Assembly (NCBI RefSeq): GCF_000315625.1
Contig: NW_005434601.1
Coordinates: 358,011-422,010, forward strand
Length of the DNA: 64,000 nucleotides
Direction: 5' to 3'
DNA from: Guillardia theta CCMP2712
Lineage: Eukaryota; Protista; Cryptophyta
Shown in pieces: positions 59,680 to 64,000 of this stretch. The position numbers and the translations under genes were made by a program. The notes under the pieces were generated by a model. The model was not told the origin of the DNA. It was given only the letters and a program-made list of their open reading frames with translations, and made no database searches. The number at the start of each line of letters is the position of its first letter. The first letter of the stretch is position 1.

Positions 59680-62025
59680 ATGAACACGAAGGCGCAACTT
59701 ATCCTGATCCTCTGCCTGGCTCTGAACATCTCCGGCAATCCGTCATGGCATCCCCTTTCCCCGCTCCCCCCTCCCCCAACTATCGCCCATCGCATGCAAC
59801 AGAATCAAGTACTTCTCTCACTCCGATTGCGAGGAGGACGGAAGAAGTATGGCATCTCCTTCCCCGATGACATGGCAAGCATCAAAGTAGCCGTCAGTAG
59901 CTCTCTCGCGAGCCGCGAGCCCCTCATGATCCGGCGCGGCATCTACAAATGGAACGGCCAGATTTTCATACTTGAGGGTCAGAGGTTGGTCCTGGCTGGC
60001 CCCGATCCTCCGGCAGGAGAGCATGCTCCTAGTCCAGAGATCCCCAACTCCTCCAACGAGACCCAGCGCGTTCCCTGTGTCCTCCTGGGCTCCTGGTGCA
60101 TGACGGAGGGCAGCCATGGCGCTTTTTGCGACAATGTGCTGCTGCTCCATCAGAGTCTGGGCTCACGAGGAGTGCAGGAGACTTCAAGGGCCGCATGCTT
60201 CACGTTGCAGGGGGGACCATGGTACCTCGAGCGCGTGCACGTCTGGAGCCACGGCGGGGTAGCGATGTTCTGCCAGTGGTACTCCAACACGGTCGTCAAG
60301 GAGTCGGGGATAGGTGAGGACCCTGGCGGGTCGCATGCTCTTCAGCTGCCGCTCCTTCTCCTCCCCACTGACGTTCCCTTCCTGCTGGCCAGGAGGAGAG
60401 TCGGACGAGAGGGACTTGAGGGCCTACCGCGCGATCGAGATGTTCGACAGCAGCCGTTTCGAGTGCGACCGATTGCCGATTCTGCACGGCTCTTCCTGAC
60501 TTTTGTTCTTGCCCAGAGCGTCCTTGTGCGAGATAGGCAACACCACGGGATCGATTTCTTGGCTGAAGGAGGGCCACAACCGTGAAGATCCGAGCGGGGA
60601 GAAGCAGGAAGAAGCTTCAGAAGTCCGTGAGCTGTCGAGCATCGACCTGTCTGATGGCTCCAAAGAGAGTGAGCGGAGTTCGGGAGGAGGAGGAAGATTG
60701 ATGAGATTTTCTTCCAGATCAGGAGATGGAAGTTGTCTCTGAACAATTCGGCTGTGCCCTTTGCATCCGAGACGCCTCGTTTGCGTCCTTCTTTCAAAGG
60801 TTTCAGCCCTATCCCCCCTGATGAACCCACCTGCTGACAGCTTTGTTTTCCCCTTTCTGCCTCCCTCCCCTCTCCTCCCAGCACCTTGAGCAGCAATGGA
60901 ATCGCGTTCGACATCGACGGAACCATCCGCCTGTTGCTCAACGCCTCCCTTGTGAAGCCATGTGAGCGTCTGTCCTCTCGCCTCTTCCCTCATACGTGTT
61001 ATCTGGCAGGTGGAGAGGGAACTTTCAAGAGTGGGGAGGACTGCGAGAACAGCGCGATCAGCATGATGGAGACGATAATCCATGGTACTCGGGTATGGAT
61101 AGGAGACAGAAGGCCAGGGATCCTTGGTAAGCAAGGAGGAAACGAACGAAGAGGACTTGAGGGGAGGGGAGAGTACTTGGGAGAAAAGTCACGGTTCTGA
61201 GGGGAGGATTGGGGTGGGGGAGGGGGGGTAGTGGTGGAAGAGGAGCCAGAAATGAACACTGGTGGAAGAGAGGCTGACGACAATACTTCAGGGGACAGGC
61301 ACAAAGGGGAGACAGCCCTCGAGTTCACGACCTTCGTCGATGGGGATGATGCATCTGGCAGTGAAGAGAGGGAGAAGGAGAGAAAGAGACGATACCTCCG
61401 GGACCAGGGCAAGGTGGGCAAGAACGTGGACTTCATCATGGAGGATGTGGCGGCACCTCGTGAACTTGACGAACTCGATCCGGCTCTCTTCGTGAAGAGT
61501 GATAGCTCTGGCATCGATAAAGGACAGGGAGGGGAAGACTGGTCAGGGGAAGGCACTAGCACAGACACAGCCGTCGCTCCTTCAGCAAGTAAACCGAAGG
61601 AGCAGGAGACTTCCAAGAAAATGAGAAAAAGACCGACGGCGAGGAAGGCAGCGGAGGAGGGAGGGGGGGTACAGAAATCACGAAGGGGGACCAGGAAGAA
61701 GGAGCAGGGTGAAGGACAAGAGCAAACTCCCAAGAGAAGGAGGACGAGAAAGAAGAAGGAGATTGAGTTGCAAGATGAGGAGCAAGCAAGGGCTCAGTCT
61801 TCTTCTCAAGGTAGCCGTTCCTTGCATGACGACGAAGCGCTGGAGGCAGAGGGAGAAATCAAGTCTGAAGGCAAGACAATGAGATTCTCTGTGTTGTCTG
61901 CCGTTCCAAACTCTGACTCTCAGAATGCAGAAGAAGAATCCCGGCTTGAGCTACATCAGCTCGTGCAGACTGCCATACGAGCTCCTCCAAAGGAACCTGA
62001 CGCCTCGGACGGGGACCATGCTTGA
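59680..62025 (+). CDS. Signal peptide + LRLRGG leader protein with putative beta-helix (pectin-lyase-like) region and charged low-complexity C-terminus
   Basis: MNTKAQLILILCLALNISG...LLSLRLRGG-RKKYGISFPDDMASIKVAV...LMIRRGIYKW...CFTLQGGPWYLERVHV...SNGIAFDIDG. Last exon is ORF 61231-62025. The fold call is inference. Confidence 0.6.
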
Positions 62026-62323
62026 AATTTCTATTTTAATTCTCATCCTGAGAATATTACGTGCACAAGCCGTGTCTAGATAAGCAAGAAATCAAAACAA
62101 AAATTAAGAAGTCACAAAAATTAAGAATCGATTCGGGTCCTCGGAGGTGAATTTGAGGATCGAATTACTTTGTACCGAACAGACGTGTCTCTGGCATAGA
62201 TCCTGACGGTGTAGCAGGAAAACATTGTACATACTTCCACAGAAATCCGCTTTCGAAAGAAGTTAGTCTTTCTTTCGTTCTGAATGTAGGCGAATTCTCC
62301 TCATCGCTTCGTTACTGAGGTTT

Positions 62324-63403
62324 TCACTTTGTCCAAGGGTCTTCCTCAATCTCGCCCTCTCGAAACTCCTGGATTTCCTTAAACACGTCGCTCAGCAGAC
62401 TTGTTTCCTCTGTGTCCAGCTTGATATTGCTAAAGTCATACGATTGGACTCTGTCGACCACCTCAGGCTTGATGTTCCAATTCTTGCTGTTGGCGATGCC
62501 GTTGGTCATGTTGCGAGGAACTCGGCGGTTCCATTCTTCGACTGACCAGAAGTATCTGTCCTTCCGTGATTTGAGGCCTTTTGAGCCTTCGCTAGGGCTG
62601 TAGCCTTTCAGCCCGAGGCTCCAGAACAGCTCGTATAGAATTCTATCATTGTTCCCCTTTATCTTGTTGTGTTTGAACAGCTTGCTTCTGATAGTCCATC
62701 CGAGTAAGATTTTCCAGGCTGTATCTGGATTCAAAATTTTCAATTGGTTCCAGGGCTGACCGGATATCTCAAATAGAGGAAAAGGCGGCGAATTTGAGCT
62801 GAGCGACGCTTCGACAAGTCGCTGATCGCAAAGTTGTGTCAAAATTCGAGAAAGAGCGCAGATCTTGCTCGACAAATTCTTCTTGACGTTTGGATATAGG
62901 ATGTTCTGATATGATGGAATTTTAATTTCCCTGTATTGCAAGGACTGAGATGCTTTGCGCTGTGTCTTGATGCTTCCTGCGAAAAAAAGATGGTCAGTCA
63001 AATGGGTTTCCCATTCAATCTGGTGCAAAAGAGAAGGACAAGAGGGCGATGGAGGGGAACGAGTTTTCAAGGATAGAAAAGCGAGTGGATTACCATGGGA
63101 AGGAGTGTTTGGTTTGACGATGGATCGCTTCGCTGGAAGTTTGTTTGCCTTCATTGAAATTGGAGGGAGGGTCTGAGTCTTGGGCGTGGTCCTTGAGTTA
63201 TTGCGACCTGCGGCACGGCGCGGAGAAGCTTTTGCACAGGGGTTGGATCCAAGCTTTGACTTGGATCTGACTCTTGTATTCGGCGTCTTAGGAGCTTGAC
63301 GCTTTGAGCTGGAGGAAGGAAGAGCGTTGTTGATCGTGGCTACTAATTCCTTGTCGACGGTGATGTTCACGTTGTAGACCCGGTCATCGTCGGAAAATTC
63401 CAT
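62324..63403 (-). CDS. Hypothetical basic ~360-aa single-exon protein
   Basis: Long ORF in a lower-GC stretch, with a Lys/Arg/Pro-rich N-half and a Trp-rich C-half. No motif recognised. Confidence 0.55.
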   Translation of the reverse strand: MEFSDDDRVYNVNITVDKELVATINNALPSSSSKRQAPKTPNTRVRSKSKLGSNPCAKASPRRAAGRNNSRTTPKTQTLPPISMKANKLPAKRSIVKPNTPSHGNPLAFLSLKTRSPPSPSCPSLLHQIEWETHLTDHLFFAGSIKTQRKASQSLQYREIKIPSYQNILYPNVKKNLSSKICALSRILTQLCDQRLVEASLSSNSPPFPLFEISGQPWNQLKILNPDTAWKILLGWTIRSKLFKHNKIKGNNDRILYELFWSLGLKGYSPSEGSKGLKSRKDRYFWSVEEWNRRVPRNMTNGIANSKNWNIKPEVVDRVQSYDFSNIKLDTEETSLLSDVFKEIQEFREGEIEEDPWTK

Positions 63404-64000
63404 CAAGTCGTCCTTGCGAGCAAGATTAGAAGAATTCCAGATGGAGCTGGTTGTGAGGGAGTGAGAGGAGAGGAAGGTATGAGTTGAGATGGTTGACTCG
63501 GTATAGAGAGAATACCGAGATGGTAGAAGGGGATCCTGGAGCAGTTTCCTCCGTGTCCATCCGTGAAGACAAGATCAGTTGAGGTTTTCTGCAAACATTA
63601 CATGATCAGATGGTAGACTCATCGCTCTCTGAATCTCAACGCATGAAATACTCTTCCGCTGGTTTGTTCACAGCCGCAAGTTTTTCTCTGGTGGTTTGAT
63701 CGCTAAATGCTCTCGCATCCTCGTCATCCTATCACCACTCTGCCCTCTCCCATTGATTTTGTTTTGTCTTCCTTTTATTTTTTTCTGTCTGTTGTTTGTT
63801 CCAGCACTGCCACTCTGTCTGTTGAGATTTTCTATTTTGTTCCTGGTGTGGCTCCATTAATGGCTATATTCGCTCCTTCGGTCTTCCCTATCATGACCCT
63901 CCGCCTTTCCTTTTTCTCCATCGTTCTCGTCCTCAGCAGAACTCTTGCCCTCCTGTCTTTCATAAACGCCATTCTCTTCTGTTCCTACCCCCCCCCCCCC

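Overview
Gene-dense eukaryotic nuclear DNA with many short (~40-60 nt) GT-AG introns carrying CTGAC-like branch points, purine/pyrimidine microsatellites (GGA, GGGA, GGAGA) inside introns, and four scaffold gaps. Bipartite signal peptide + AxA-F plastid leaders, LRGG-ending leaders and the intron style point to an alga with a red secondary plastid, most likely a cryptophyte (inference). Genes were spliced by eye. They include an intronless multi-domain GT64 glycosyltransferase (absent from the ORF track), a leader-bearing EF-1beta, a two-domain membrane class III cyclase, a class I/II aminotransferase, a C2H2+UBL protein, TMEM41B/DedA, an AKTIP-like UEV, a PKD2-like channel, a HAD hydrolase with a frameshift, Sec15, ZnT9/SLC30A9, DOLPP1, CSN8, a HEAT-repeat protein and two plastid-targeted unknowns. 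The most striking unexplained structure is a two-gene module present twice in inverted orientation (12521-15149 and 29678-32368). Each copy has a 3-exon, 57-aa Cys-containing micropeptide gene lying tail-to-tail with a leader-bearing ~250-270 aa GATase/ThuA-like protein gene. The micropeptides differ at 7 synonymous and 1 non-synonymous codons; the partner proteins are deeply diverged. A third, propeptide-like gene lies nearby. A second theme is three unrelated proteins whose N-terminal leaders end in the ubiquitin C-terminal motif LRGG. Gene ends, and some starts, are by-eye estimates.
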